Counted from the first letter of the stretch, positions 1-13,081 are shown. The stretch is DNA of 64,000 nucleotides from Blastocladiella emersonii ATCC 22665 (GCA_025594325.1 JANHCV010000002.1:1984001-2048000), one strand, 5' to 3'. Made by a program: numbers and translations. Notes: a model not told the origin generated them from the letters alone.

Positions 1-177
1 GACTTGATTGTGGGCGCTGATTACTCTCAACATCGCCTCAATGCAGCATACGCGCACGTAGCGCGCATCGCCAGCGCGCTCGAGGCAATTGAGATCGGAT
101 TTCTGACAGACGCGTCAAGGCGAGCCACTCGCTCACAGCAGCATGCTGATATTCTCAATGAGCCGAAAAGGAAGTAG
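1..177 (+). CDS. Possible 3' end of an unknown gene entering the window
   Basis: Frame +1 is open from base 1 to TAG at 175-177 (DLIVGADYSQHRLNAAYAHVARIASALEAIEIG...EPKRK*). No family recognised. Confidence 0.25.
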   Translation, partial: DLIVGADYSQHRLNAAYAHVARIASALEAIEIGFLTDASRRATRSQQHADILNEPKRK

Positions 178-3037
178 TCAGCGATTGAGCAACGGAGCGT
201 ACTATGCACAGCGAATGTGCGCGACGACTCGATCTCGACTAACGCATCGATCTTCCGCCAAGAAAGCACTCAACGATGATGGCGTTCGCGTCGCACGCTA
301 TGATCCAGCTTGAAAGCTCGAGCGAGCTCGCCTCCTTTGGCGCGGAACAACATATAGCGACGCCTGGCGGGCGCAAAGCGGGTGTAGTAGCGGTAGCAGC
401 GGCCAAGAAGAGCGAGTGCGCCCACACAAGGGGAAGAACGAGAACACAAATAGCATCGCCCCGAGCTGGGGTCCTTCACAATGGCAGGTACTGCAAGCCG
501 TGGCGACGTGAAAGCATCCCACAACATGCTACTCCACTCAGCGAGCTCGCCTAAGCAGCACTTGTGCAGTAGCAAGAGCAGAGTGCAAAAGCGGTGCCGG
601 CGGAACACTCAAGTCAACGGCCGAGTCGAGCACAGCACGTCGCGGTGCGAGCGCCACCCAAAGGCGCCGAGGTGGGATAGGACCGGCGTGTCGTCGATTT
701 CATGATTTATGGAACCCATTGCATAGAGTAAGTGAGCTTCATTGAGTGGGGGTGCATACGGGAGGGGTGCAGAGCGGAAGCGAGAGCCGAAGCGAAGTGG
801 CGCAACGCGACACGGGGAGTGATGTCATTGAGAAAAGTTTGACTGTAACGTGACGAGCGTTAGCCAGAAAATCGCGGTCACTATAGCTTGGGCAAAGCCC
901 CGCACTGTCTCAAGCCTCGCCCAAATCCATGGTTGAAGAAAAACGACGTGTCACTTATTGACTGCCCCCGCAAAGGACCGCTACGCTTTAAAGTTGTTCA
1001 GAAGGTTAAGCAAAGTCATCGTTAATTCATCATCAGCCGAGCTACACGCCATCCTTGGATGCAGCCGATGCCGCCACCGTGTCCACCTCATCAACCGCCG
1101 CTGTCGGTTCAGCTCTGTCCTTGGTTGCCGCTGGCTGGTTGGAGGACCCGCCAATGGACGTTGCAAAACCAGAGAGGTTTTCCTGATTCCCGCTCGCCGT
1201 CGCCGATGTGCGAGCCGTCGTGGCAGAAAGGGCAAATGCGGAAAAGTCGAAAGCGGACGGACGAGAAGAGCGATGCGCCATGGGTCTGGGCCTGCGTAGC
1301 GCGGGATTGGTAGCAGATGCCGCAGCGAATGACGCCATGGTCGCGGGCCCAGCACCTCGGGTCGACTTGACGAAGCGACGAGCGGGACGCAGAACCGGCT
1401 TGCGCGGGTCATGCGTGCGCTGGAGCGCCGGAGTGGTGGTGACCTCGGGCTCAGCGGCGACGGCAGTTACCGCAGTGATCGCTGCAACTGACTCGTTCGC
1501 CGCGGAGGAAGTATCGAGAATTGGCTGATTGCTATCGTGGCGCGACCACAGCAGGTCCATAGACTGGCTCGACACGAGGTGGCACGGCAGCGCGTTCCAA
1601 GCAAGCGGCGCGCCGTGCGTGCAAAGGGTAGCGATGATGGTGTCGAGCAAGTCGATGGTCAAGTTCAGATAGCGGTCAAGCTCTTGAGCGAGGCGCAACA
1701 GGATTTACTTGGGCGGCACCACGACAGGTATCGGCTCGGACGGCGTAGAATCGCGAGAAGCAAAGTCAAAGCTGAAAGCAGATGCCGAGGGGGCAGCGGG
1801 CAGGGTCGTCGTCGCGGAACTCTTCTTGGCCATGAACTGAACCGCAGGCGAGCGAGCTGCTTCGTTGCGACTCTGCAGCGCCCAGAGCAAGTATAAGGCA
1901 AGCTGCAAGGGCGTGATCCGGCACTCGTGCATTCCTCCAATACCAGTCGCGGCTTTTTGGACACAAGTTGTTGTGGCTGTAGCCGTAGCCTTGGACTGAT
2001 CCGGTGCGAGCACGCTTGGACACCAGCAATGATCATGCTTGCCAATACACGGGCTCGCACCGTTTTCAAGAAGCAGAGCGACCATGTCCGGATCACCATT
2101 GAGAATTGCCTGTGCGAGCGGCAAGCGCTGGACAAGCAAGCGACAACTCAGAAGGTCACTGATGGCGCGGTTCCCACTAACGTGCAAAAGGTGATTGAGG
2201 CCGATGTTTGGAAGAGCGCTGTGACATAGAAGCAAGTGCGCCATAACGTAATTGTGGCGTGCGACAGCGATGAAGAGTGGATTGGCGAGAGACGTAAAGG
2301 ATGGGTTGGTCAGGTCAATGTCGCCAAAGCACTCGCAGCGCGGGCCTGGTCGCGTTGGCTCACTGGAAGCGGTCGCCATGTTGAGAATTGGATTGGCAAC
2401 GAGCCGGGTCGACATGACCTACATAACCGCTTTGTCAACACCGCCACACGACTCACGGAACAGATATCCAAAGCATACCTGGTGCGTAGCATCCACGGCG
2501 GAGCCGCGCTGGCCAACAGGTCGGTTGACCTTGGACGCTCGCACAACATGCGCGAGGAGGGCCTCAAGCTGGCCAACATCGCCCTTGATCGCGACATGGA
2601 TCAGGAGAGACGTCATGGTCTTAAACGAGACGTACAAGCCGCGGGTAACCAGGTCCACAATGGCTGGGCGCTCGATCCCGGGTGCGTACATAGCGAAATT
2701 GAGCGGGTACTCCCCATTCACGTCGCGCGAATTGGAGCGCGCGCCACCGGTGAGCATCTCGGAAAGCAGTGGTTCCCACTCGCCAGCCTTGCTGGGGCGG
2801 CCGAGCGGAAGGTGGAGTGGCGTGCTTCCAAAGAGCCTCAGGGGCACATAGGGCTGTACGTGAGCCGTCGCGTTCCACGGAATTGGCACGTCAGAACCGT
2901 GGCGCGCCCGCAGTGCCTCCAAAATCACCGCAACGAATGCGTCGCCTCGCACGACAGCGCGGCAAAGCGCGTAGTAAGCGCTGTCACTGGATTGGTCGGC
3001 CGTGGAAGCATCGTTGGAAACAGGGCATCCAAGCATC

Positions 3038-4294
3038 CACAGCAGCAAACCGCGCATTTCTTAGAGCGAGAACACAGGCAAAAGCAGGCACTTTTTGAAC
3101 AGGAAGAAGTTCTTATTTTTCTTAGCCCTTGGCAACGCCGCCATCCGGTGCCGCGAGCGGGCGATTCCGCCGCCAGCTCGCGCGCGCGCGAGATTAGGTC
3201 AGTCATGAGGATCCGAAACATGATGATCGCGGATCGATCGCGCGCACCGGGTCGCGCTTCCGCTGCTGCACCACTTGCGCGGGTAGGGTCCCTCCTCGAG
3301 CAGGGCCACCTGCCCGCACGCGCGCGCACCCCGCCCACCCCGCCGCCCGCGACCCGCACAGCCAGCGGCAGCGACCCGCACACGCAACGGCGGCGGCTGC
3401 CCCAAAGATGGCGCGCCTTGCGCGAGCGGGCCGCTCGCGCGGTTGTTGAGGACGACGGCGGCGATGATCGCGACCTGGACCAGGACGTGTTGGTGCGGAC
3501 GGCGTGCTAGAGGAAGATGGGCGAGGAGAGCGGTGAGTCGGCGATCCAAAGAGCGAGCTTGCGCAAGTAGATGGGGACGTATGTCAAGGATCACAAGCGG
3601 GTCAAGCGAGCTGGGACAGACAAGCGACGTGTCGCGGCGCGGCAGCCATCTACACGCAGAGGAGAACGCGATCCGTTAGCCGGTGGTCGTGGCGAGCGAG
3701 CGGTCAGCGGCGGGGCAGCGTACTGTGAAGAACGCCTGGCGTGAGCGCGCACGGTTGCAAGGGAGTCCTGCGGCGACGTCTACATGGTTGGTGGTCAGCA
3801 CACATGGCCGCCGTTTGGGACTCCATGAGGGCATGTACCACTCGAGCATCGTGGTGGGCGAGGGCGAGGTGAAGAGCGCGAGATGGGTGAGGGCTGCAGT
3901 CGGCTTTTATGTCCGTGGCCAGCGACCGAGGCAGGCAGCGGGGCGCGGTGGGGCGCGGCGACCACCGCGGCCGTGCGCACGGATTTCGCAAAGGACCGGC
4001 GAAGGACCCTGGGCAAGCGGGCCGTGTTGCGTCATCGTGACGTGAAGGAGCAGGGCGCCCGAAGTCGCGCGCGCGTTCGCGCTCAAGCTGCCGCCGCGCC
4101 AGCCCGCGGGCGTTTCAGGCCGCGCCGCCTCGCGCAATTCACGCGCGAGGCCGCCGCTGCGCACGCTAGGCACCTCAAAGGATATGGGCGGCCTTTCTCC
4201 GCCGCACGCGCCGCGGCGGCAGCGCTTCGCCCAGGCAGCTCCCCCTCAGTTTTCTTAAGATTCTTAGCTAAGGAAAGGGCCATCTGCTGCTGTG
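3038..4294. mobile_element. Non-autonomous CACTA/CMC-like DNA transposon (1257 bp)
   Basis: Terminal inverted repeats CACAGCAGCA (3038-3047) and TGCTGCTGTG (4285-4294). 3-bp TSD ATC at 3035-3037 and 4295-4297. Subterminal TTCTTAG motifs at 3058, 3119 and 4261. Excision restores the host reading frame. No transposase recognised inside. Confidence 0.8.
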
Positions 4295-5306
4295 ATCGCC
4301 AAGTGAGAGAAGTCCGGGATCGTCAGTGGAGCGCCAAACTCGATGGCAAGCGTGCGGACGAGGTCGGGCGAGCCGCGATCGATTGCGCATAGCAGATACG
4401 AGCAAAAGTTTTCCGAGAGGTAGTGCTCTGCGGTTCTTTGGAAGTTCCTGCACTTGTGTCCAAAAGCGATGCCGCACGCGTGGAATGCCGGAACGAGCAG
4501 CCATACGAGGTCTGGGCGGTCCAAGTCAACGGCGTAGTCGAGGGCTGCTGTCGAGTACTTGGGATTGTTAGGGTCCATTGGGATTTGAAACAGTTCGAGT
4601 ACTCGGCGGACAAGCTTGTAGTTTCCACGCCGAACAGTGACAACAAGAGAGTCGGGGCACGAATTGAACCATGCCAGGTGCAAGTGAGGGATGAAGGCAC
4701 TTGCAGCGGATGCAACAGCCTGCTTGGTGAAGAGCCAGTCAAGAACGTCGAGCGCGCCATGATGAACAGCGAGAGCGACAAGAACGCTTGCAGCGTCGCC
4801 GTGAAGCGCAGAGTCTTCGGGAAGAAGCTTCACGCCCAGCTTGTTGATAAGGAAGCGGAGGACATCCAAGGACCGCGACTTGATAGCCAAGTGAGCGAGC
4901 GTACGGTGCAGTTGAGTCTGATACTTGAAAATTGTGCTGTTGGCGAGCTTGGCGGCGCCGACGACTTTGCATTCGCCCACAAGTGCTCAAAGAATGCCAA
5001 CGTTAGCGTACATGGCGGCATGGTGCATGGCGTTGGTGAGCCGCAATCCCGGAGCGCCCAAGACCCGAGCAAGGCGCAAAGGTGTGGCACCAACCTTGAG
5101 GAGAACTCGAGCCAACTCGATTTGGCCGGCGCAGACAGCGTGAAATAAGGCGAAATTCAAGTCAACAACATACTGTTGCCGTTGCCATTGCCGTGTTTTG
5201 GGCTTGGGGTTGGGCTTGGGAATAAGCTTGAGCATCTCGCGGAGCTTTGGGATGTTACCCAATGCAGCAAATCCACAGAGAGCTCCGTCGCGATCCATGA
5301 TCAAAA

Positions 5307-7502
5307 CTAGGTGTGTGTGCTGCGCACACACTTGGGTCTCAGCTGTAGCTTTACTTGGCTTCTTGAGACTGTTTCAGTTGGTGAAAGTGAAGTAGTTTAT
5401 CAATTCTCAATCCTGCTCAGCAGGGACAGTCGCTCCATGTCCTTCGCCACGTGCTGTAATGCCTTCTGCACAAGAACCCGACTGTTGAACCGGATGATGA
5501 GGATGTCCTCGGTCCTGCGCGCTTGAGCGCCGGACTTGCCCTTGACGGCCGACGTGCAGGTACGCTTGGTGGGCGAGGCCGGCGGGGTCTTGACTGTCTT
5601 GTTCTTGTCGCAGCCCTTGGCCTTGGTGGCCATCTTGCGCGCGCGGCTTGACAACGACAACGGGCCCGACTTGCACTCGCTCTCCTCCTTGTTGGCGTCA
5701 ACCTCCTCATCGGCCTCTGAGTCGACAACGATCTTGGTGATGTTCTTGTTCTTGGTCACGGCGGACAATGACGCGGGAACCACGGTCATGTTGGACTCGC
5801 TGCAGACGTTGTCCCACTCCTGCAGGTTGATGTTGAGCTCCTGGACAACGGCCAACGCCGCGGGTCCCAACGGCGTCGTGGCGCTGCCGGACGTGGTGCT
5901 GCCCAACGTGGTGCTGCCCAACGGCGCGTTGACGGACGCCAAGGTGGAAGTCGGCGAGCGGGTGGTGCACGCGGCCATGAGCGGGACAAGCGCAGCGGGC
6001 GCGGCCGCAGCGCTGGGAACCATCTTGGTGGGCGACAAGGGACCGGCCGTGAACATGGGCGGACTGTTGGGGCCCTGCAAAGGAGGCGGAGCTGTCGCAG
6101 TGGCGACCGACCGCATCTTGGTGATGAAGAAGGCGACAGACGAGGACATGGTGAAGTGGTCGTTGTTAGCTGCACCCTCAAAGCCGCAGAACAGCGGGCC
6201 AGAGACAAGCATGGTCTTGCCCGTCACCCACAGGCCCTTACTGCCATGCACACTGCACATCGATTTGTGAGTGAGAAGATTTGCAGAAGAGTCGAACAGC
6301 GGATCAGGACGTACCGGTTGGTCAGGATCACACAGCTCATGGACCACGTGGTTGCGTGGGGAGCAGGCTGGCCGCGGTGCGTTGGGTTGAGGAACTGCGA
6401 CGCGCCGTTCATGACAGTCATGGGCTGGGCCAGGTCAACCGAGGGTTGGCACATGGCGAACGTCTTGCCGCCGCCTAGAATCAGGAGACGTGTGTGAGCG
6501 CAGTTGGGGATCAAATGGAAGAGGAGGACCGAACCAAAGGTGAAGAGGCCGCTGATGATTGTGGGGTTGGGGTAGCGGATGGTGGGGTCGAGTTGACCAA
6601 GCAGGCTGGAAGCGATTGGGTAGAACACGAGCGTCTTGGGGGCGTCAAAGGTTGGAGCCATCATGGACGGGCACATGTCAATCTTGATGAAGCCGTTGGC
6701 CTTGTACAAGTTGCCAACGAGCAGGCTGCCGCGGTACGCGACAGCCGTGGCCTGCAGCAAGCCAAGCAGATCGGTCAAGGCGTTGGCGTTGATGAGGGGA
6801 ACACCAGGCGAGTAGCGGACGGGGATCTCGATGTTGAAGAAGAGGAAGGGGCTCGACGGCGGAGACGGAAACTCGGAGAGAACCGTGAAGCGCGACGAGC
6901 AGCGCAGCGAGAACGTGGGAGAGAAGTTCATGGTGTTGCGAGTGGTGGAGGAGAGCAAGGACTGTCAGCGGCGCCCCGCGCGCCTTTATATGCCGCCGCA
7001 TGACGGCCAGGCAGACGCCGAATCGCGAAGTATTATACGCTGCATGGAGTAGGAGTGGCGGGTAAAGAGCTGGTCAGCACAGGAGGTCTCAAAGAGCGTC
7101 GACGAGCAGCGGCAAGCGCGAGCGAGCGGGCGTGGAGTGGGAGAGCTTCCGAGGGCGCGAAAATGCAGCCAGGCAGGATTGATGTCAGGTCACGTGATGC
7201 TGAACAGTCAGTTTCGAGCGAGGTCCGTCTCGTCGCGCCTGCGCACGGGAACCGCTGCACAGGACCTCGCTCCCCTCGAAGTGAACAGCCTCGAACTGTT
7301 GGGGACTAGGCAAAGCACAGTCCAGATTTACGTTGGAGGGGTCGGAATGAAGTGAAAGCGAAAAACAACGGAACTCGTCGCGCGACGAAAATCGAAAACG
7401 GTCACTGAGCCACTCATGTGACCACAAGAGCAAGGTTGATGTGCCTGATAGGTTTCAATTGCTCCCACAGAAACTCAGCTTCGCTAAAGCTACAGCTGAG
7501 AA
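5307..7502 (-). mobile_element. Helitron2/Helentron-like non-autonomous element (~2.2 kb) with cargo gene
   Basis: Asymmetric 16-bp inverted repeat CTCAGCTGTAGCTTTA (5338-5353) / TAAAGCTACAGCTGAG (7485-7500). 3' hairpin GTGTGTGC-tgc-GCACACAC (5313-5331) followed on the - strand by CTAG (5307-5310). 5' mini-hairpin CTCAGCT..AGCTGAG (7474-7500). Inserted in a T-run (G^TTTTG); removal restores the F-V-L-I codons of copy A. Confidence 0.75.
5400..6931 (-). CDS. Unknown ~489-aa protein carried inside the Helitron2-like element (beta-rich N-terminus, low-complexity S/T/P/K tail)
   Basis: Exons 6931-6315 and 6252-5400, joined by a 62-nt GTACGT..CAG intron that links ORFs 6224..6958 and 5400..6347 in frame (TNR-VHGSKG). 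TATAAA on the - strand at 6985-6990. Confidence 0.7.
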
Positions 7503-8061
7503 CGAATAGCTCCTTGAGAGGGAACTCGTCCACAGCGTCGCGACCAGCACGCGAGAGTGCGCGTAGCGGCGCGCAGCCTTTGGCGCCAAGGTACCGCAGA
7601 CAGAGTGTGCGCCACACGGGGGTGACACGGACGAGGTCAATGAAGCAAGAAGTCGAGCGTGGCGCCAATTCGTCTCCAGCCCAACCGGGCTCCAGGTGAA
7701 GTCCATTTGAGTTCATGGCGGCAGTGGAGCTCAATGCGAGCAGTCTTCAAGTGCGAGGGTGGGCTTAGACGGCGATGGACAGAGACGTTCGCGAGGGAAA
7801 CGAACTCGGTGCCCTGCGCCCTGCGCCCTGCGCCCTGCGAGATCGCCATGGGAACCGCTTCAACGCGTCGCCCAAGCTATCACGTGAGTGGCGCAACGCG
7901 TCCCGCGTTGAAACGCTTCCGGGTGATGTGGCGCGCAGCACTGTACGCGGGGTCGCAAGTGACAGATGTGTAAAGGAGACTACGAAGGTACGCTGCCGTC
8001 TGACCTCATTGAGGAGCATGTAAAGCAAAGTCATGAGCGAATTGTCATTACAACAACCGAG

Positions 8062-11000
8062 TTACAAACCACCCAGGAACGCGCCCGACGCCCACGTCGT
8101 GGCGGCCTCACCAATCGCCGATGCCGTTCCCGAATCACCGTGAGCCGCCGTTGGGCCCCGGAACGCCGAATTGAAAAGCTCAGTCAACTCCAACACAGTG
8201 ATCGCGGCCCCGCGCGCAGTAGAGGGAGCTGCGACGGTCGGCGGCGTGGTGAAGGCGGAGTGGTTGGTGGGGGATGGGCGAGGAAGGTGTGCCACAGGCG
8301 CAGCAGCAGCGACCGCGGGGTCAGTAGGTGCTGCCGCCTCGAACGACACCTTGTTCATCAGCGCGGGACCGTGCACTAGCTTGTCAGGGCGACGAGAGGG
8401 GCGCAAAAGCGGCTTGCGGCGAAGGTCGCGTTCGCGTTCGAGCTCCGGGACCTTGATGGTCTGGGGCTCGGACACGACCGCCGTCGGTGCGGCGATCTCG
8501 ACGACGGTCTCGGTCACTGCCAAGCCGAGAATCGGCTGGGTGGGATCGTGGCGCGACCACAGCAGGTCCATGGACTGGCTCGACACGAGGTGGCACGGAA
8601 GCGCGTTCCACACGAGCGGCGCGCCGCGCACGTGTAGGGTAGTGATGATGATGTTGAGCGAGTCAAGGGTCAGGCACGGGTAGCGATCGAGCTCGCGCTG
8701 GAAGCGTGGTTGAAGGCTCTTGGGCGGGACGACGTTGAGAAACTGCGAGACATCACAAGAAGGTAAGTCGAAGCCGGAAGTAAGCATTGAGGGATCAGCA
8801 AGCAGGTTCGACGCTTGAGCATTCTTGACGCGCTGTAGCAGCGCCCAGCGCAGGTACATGGCAAGCTGCAGGGGCGTGATACGGCACTTGGGCAATGCAC
8901 TGTCTCCGCAAGCAGCACCGTGGGTACTGCTGGTCGCGGCCGTGACTGGGCTCGTGGGACGGCGTGAAGCGAGCATGGTAGGACACCAGCGGAGATCGTG
9001 CTCGCCAATGAACGGGCTCGCGCAATTCGCGAGAAGCAGTGCAACCATCTCCGGATCGCCATTGATAATCGCCTGCGCGAGCGGGGACCGCTGGACAAGC
9101 GACCGATGACGCAATGGTCCATTGAGCGTGTAGGTGGGGTTGGCGTCGAGGAGGTACTCGAGTCCAACGTTTGGAAGGGCGCCGTGTCCAAGCAGGAGAC
9201 GCACTGTCGCAATATCGCGGCGTGCGACAGCAATGAACAGCGGGTTGGCCAGCGACGCTAAGTCGGGGTCGGTCAGATCGACGTCGCCATAGCTTGCACG
9301 GCGCGAAAGGTGTCCGTTGGGCGAGCTGGAAGCAATTGTGGCGTCAAAGATCGGATGGTGGAGAGGCCGGTTTGACACAATCTACATGACCGCTTCGTCA
9401 GCACTGCCACCGATTGATCGCGGCGAAACAAACGAGCCCGCGAAACGTACCTGGTAAGAAACATCCATAGCGGTACCGCTGCGCTGGCTGACAGGTCGGT
9501 CGGCGTCCAAAGCACGCGCAACGTGCTGAAGCAGCACTTCGAGGCGGCCAGTATCGCGATCAATCGCTGCATTGATGAGAAGAGACGCCATGGTCTTGAA
9601 TGACACGAACAAGCCACGAGAAAGAAGATTGACGATGGCGGGATGCTTCTCCCCAACCACCCGCATGCCACAGTTGAGCGGGTACCGATCGTGGCTGTCG
9701 CGCAGATCGGAGCGCGCGCCCCTGGCCAGCATCTCGGTGAGCAGCGGGTCCCATCTGCCAGCAGTCTCGGCTCGGGAAAGCAAGATGTGTAGCGGCGACT
9801 GACCATGCAGCTGCAAATGCACGGCCGGACGGAGACTAGCCGTCGCGTTCCATGGAATCGAGACGTCAGAGCCATGGCGCGCCCGCAGCGCCTCGAGAAA
9901 AGTCGCAAAAAACGAGTCTCCTCGAGCGACCGCGCGACACAGTGCGTAGTAGACGCCGCCGCAAGACTCGTCGGCGGGCGAGGTGTTGTTCGAGATTGGG
10001 CAACTGGGGACCGGAGAATGGAGGAATCCGGGAATCGTCAGCGGAGCACCAAACTCGAGGGCAAGCGTGCAAACGAGCTCGATCGACCCATGGTCGATTG
10101 CGCATAGCAGGTACGAGGAAAACTTGGACGCAGAGTAATTTTTGGACCGACCGGAGCGCGTGCACTTGTGCCCGACGGCGAGGCCGCACGCCCGAAAAGC
10201 TGGTACGAGAAGGCGCACCAGGTCGACGCGGTCCGCATCAACAGCGTAGTCGAGTGCAACAGTTGCATAGTCTTGGTCGCCCAAACGCATTCGCGGGCTG
10301 AAGTGGTCGAGGACGCGACGGACCATGTCGTAGTTGCCGCTTCGAACTACAAGGGCAAGTATATTGGGACACCCGTCGAACCAATCTGCGCAGTAATAAC
10401 TCGGAATCACAGCAATTGCTACGGACGCGGCGTCGGAATGCTTCAACAGCGAGTCAAGAATGTTGGGCGCGTCGTGATTGATGGCGAAAGCAAGGAGGAC
10501 AGTTGCAAAGTCGCTGTAAGGAGTCGCATCCGCGGGGAGAAGCCGGGCGCCCGTCTCCTTGGCGAGGAAACGGACCACTGCAGAGGACCGCGAAGCGAGG
10601 GCCGATTGGATGAGCGAAAACCGCACTTGAGGTTTGGGCTCAAAGAAACTGAGGATTGGCACTTGAGGTTCCGCCTCAACAAAAATCGTATTTTCGGCAA
10701 GCTCGGCTACGCGGTCAACTCCGTGCGCACTTACGAGCATTCGGAGCATGTCCACGTTCCCGCGCGCAGCAGCAAGGTGCAGAGCATTGATTAGCCGCGA
10801 CCCATCGTTGCGAGAGAGCGGACCAGTTTGCACTGGTGTGGCACCTGCGTCGAGAAGAACGCGTGCCGCCTCGAGTTGATCGTAGCGAACGGCATAAATG
10901 AGGGCGGTGTCCAAGTCAAGAGAGTGGCCGTCCTGCGCGCTGCGCAGCTACACGAGGTCGAGCATTGAGCGAAGCTTGTGAATGTCGCCCGAGGCCGCGA

Positions 11001-11250
11001 AGCCGCAAAGGACTTCGTGTTGATCTTCCATTGAGACGTATAGCTCGCGGAGGGGAATCGAGTCCACGGCGTCGCGACCAGCACGCGAAAGTGCGCGCAG
11101 TGACGCGCACTCTTTGGCGCCGAGGTACCGCAGGCAGAGTGTGCGCCACACTGGGGACAAGTGGACGAGCTCGACAAGCGAAACGGCAGAAGCACGCGTC
11201 GATGCACCCGCGGTCTTGTCGGGTCTCGGGGATAGTTCATTTGAGTTCAT
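8062..11250 (-). pseudogene. F-box-like/ankyrin family copy B, full length with a single in-frame TAG
   Basis: ATG 11250 (MNSNEL..SLVELVHLSPVWRTLCLRYL). TAG at 10948-10950 is in frame with ORF 9382..10914. Intron 9382-9450 (GTACGT..TAG). Last exon 9381-8062. Ankyrin motifs TALIYAVRYDQLEAARVLLDAGA and NALHLAAARGNVDMLRMLV. Confidence 0.8.
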
Positions 11251-11772
11251 GGTGGCAGTGGAGGTCTAATGCGAGAAGTCTTTGAGTGCGAGGGGTAGTC
11301 TAGGGCGATAGTGAATGGAGGGCAAGACGGTAGCGTGCCGAGTGCAGCAGCGATCATGACCGGCGCTTTCACGGGCGACGTGGGAACTGCTGTGACGCGC
11401 CGCGCGAAACATCACGTGTGTGGCGCAACGCGTTGGATTTTTGGAGGACACGCGGACGAAGTAAATTTATATATACGCTCTCAGATAACATCGTATGGTC
11501 AAAATTTGAAGGGAAGGAGAGGGACAGTATGGCCTCGGGTCCTCGGTCGCAGTCACCACGTGTCAGGTCTGGAACCCGCCTTTCTTGACCGCCGTTTACT
11601 TTGCCCTCAATTCACCTTTCCGACTGTCCCCCCAGGCCGAGGCTTGTGCCCGGGCGGTGTCATCATGTGAGCGGCGCTGGGGGGAAAACCCGCACCGCAT
11701 TGCACAAGGAATCGGCTCACGTGGTGGCATTTCAGCCACACAGTGGGGGCGGTCGGAAAGGTCTATTGCCGT

Positions 11773-13081
11773 TCAGGTGGAAAGACAAATTGGCTTCGCC
11801 AGAAAGGTAGTGCTGGTACTGCTCGTTGCTGATGAGTCGAGCGTCAAAAAAGTCCTTGAGCAGCTGCTCGCCTGGGATCCCGCGCTTGCAGAAGATCGCG
11901 CCAACCACACGCTGTACGTAGGCAATGTTGGCCCAATCTCGAGACTCGTACTAGGACCGATCGTAGAGCTGGAAAACGAAAAGGAAGACTTCTGGGTCTG
12001 GATTGGTGCCAAGCGCATTAAAGACCCCGCTCTCGCCATGCGTCTTGGGGTCGATGGGGCGCCAGCTGTGTGCCACAAGCCAATCGTAGGTCCGCTGCAC
12101 TTGGCTAAGAGTGGGGGCGCGGCCATTTATCGAGCCGAGGGTGGGGAACAGCTTACAATTCTGGTCAGCCGCGTTCTTGATAAAGCGTGCACCGTTGAGG
12201 CAAAACGGCGGCTCGACAAGCAATGAGAGGACGTGGTCGTCCCACATGTGGGCGCCGACGCATGCGATCGTGTCTAAAAGAGTAGGCCATTGGGACTGGA
12301 CACCTGCGCCTGAACGAAGCTCGTGCGGATTGCTGTATGACGGCAGCCTCAGCGAATAAGTGCACCCAACCAACTTCCAAACATTGGGATACACCGGAGC
12401 GTGCAGTAAAATTGGCAGATGCTTGTGAAGCTCCCCGAGAAAGTGTTTGAGCAGGTCCAGCTCGCCAAAGATGGCAAGGAAGTAACACAGGATGGCAGAA
12501 AGCCCGATAGGCGACGGTTGGTGCTGAGGCCAAGTCAGGTGCGGATTGGCTTGCAATAGCCACTGGCGAGTCCCGTTGCCAAAAGTAAGTTGGAAGTGAC
12601 GGTCAATCTGGTCTGAAGGAGCAGAAGGCGCGAGCGTGCAGCCAGCGCGCTCCGCGACACGGGAAAGAAAGGTTGACGAAATGGGGAGAGGAAGGGTCAG
12701 TTGAGACTGGGAGGCCCGCAAAAGGTCAAGCAGTGCACCAAGTGCTTCGAAAACCCGGCCAAAAGTGCTTGGTTTGACCAAAGGAGTCTCCTGGTTCACA
12801 AAACAGATCATAGGAAGCTCCGGCACTGCATCGGGGTGTGTCGTAATCGCGTTTGCGGTCCACAAGATGCAAACTGGGGCACTGGACGCAGCGTCAGCGA
12901 GAGCGCGAGAGGCTGCAGGTATAGCGGCGCGCATTTGAGCGAGCTGGAGGATAGTCCCGCCCAGCGGCACATAAAGCAAGTGGGCCAGATAGTTCAAGTA
13001 CACACGCGCACGCTGGCCCAACCGCGAGAGACGCGTCGGGCAATCACGCGAGCGCGCCGGCGGCGCCACACTTCCAGTCAC
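11773..13081 (-). pseudogene. Family II unknown protein (degenerate, helical repeat-like), copy 1
   Basis: 376-codon ORF 11951..13081 with no clear ATG and a probable 3' frameshift. Shares LQLAQMRAAIPAAS and HMWDDHVLSLLVEPPF with LRLATPRAVAPAAS and LMWDHTCFRLLVGEPRY in the gene at 56424-58011. Confidence 0.5.

Larger units (their letters stand above)
1042..7716 (-). pseudogene. F-box-like/ankyrin-repeat family copy A, disrupted by two transposons and in-frame stops
   Basis: ATG at 7716 (MNSNG...FIDLVRVTPVWRTLCLRYLGAKGCAPLRALSRAG, F-box-like). Removing inserts 5307-7502 and 3038-4294 (plus one TSD) restores the frame (ELFV-LIMDRDG; FSHLA-MLGCP). In-frame stops at 4987-4989 (TGA) and 1705-1707 (TAA). 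Family intron 2419-2478 (GTATGC..TAG). Ends at 1042. Confidence 0.85.

Noticed and set aside
270-960. Small overlapping ORFs at the window start
   Set aside because: No motifs or codon signal; treated as intergenic or decayed sequence.
7811-7920. (GCCCTGC)x4 microsatellite and an ~70-bp imperfect hairpin upstream of copy A
   Set aside because: No TSD or second copy seen; too short to call an element. Only the embedded 13-bp motif was kept.
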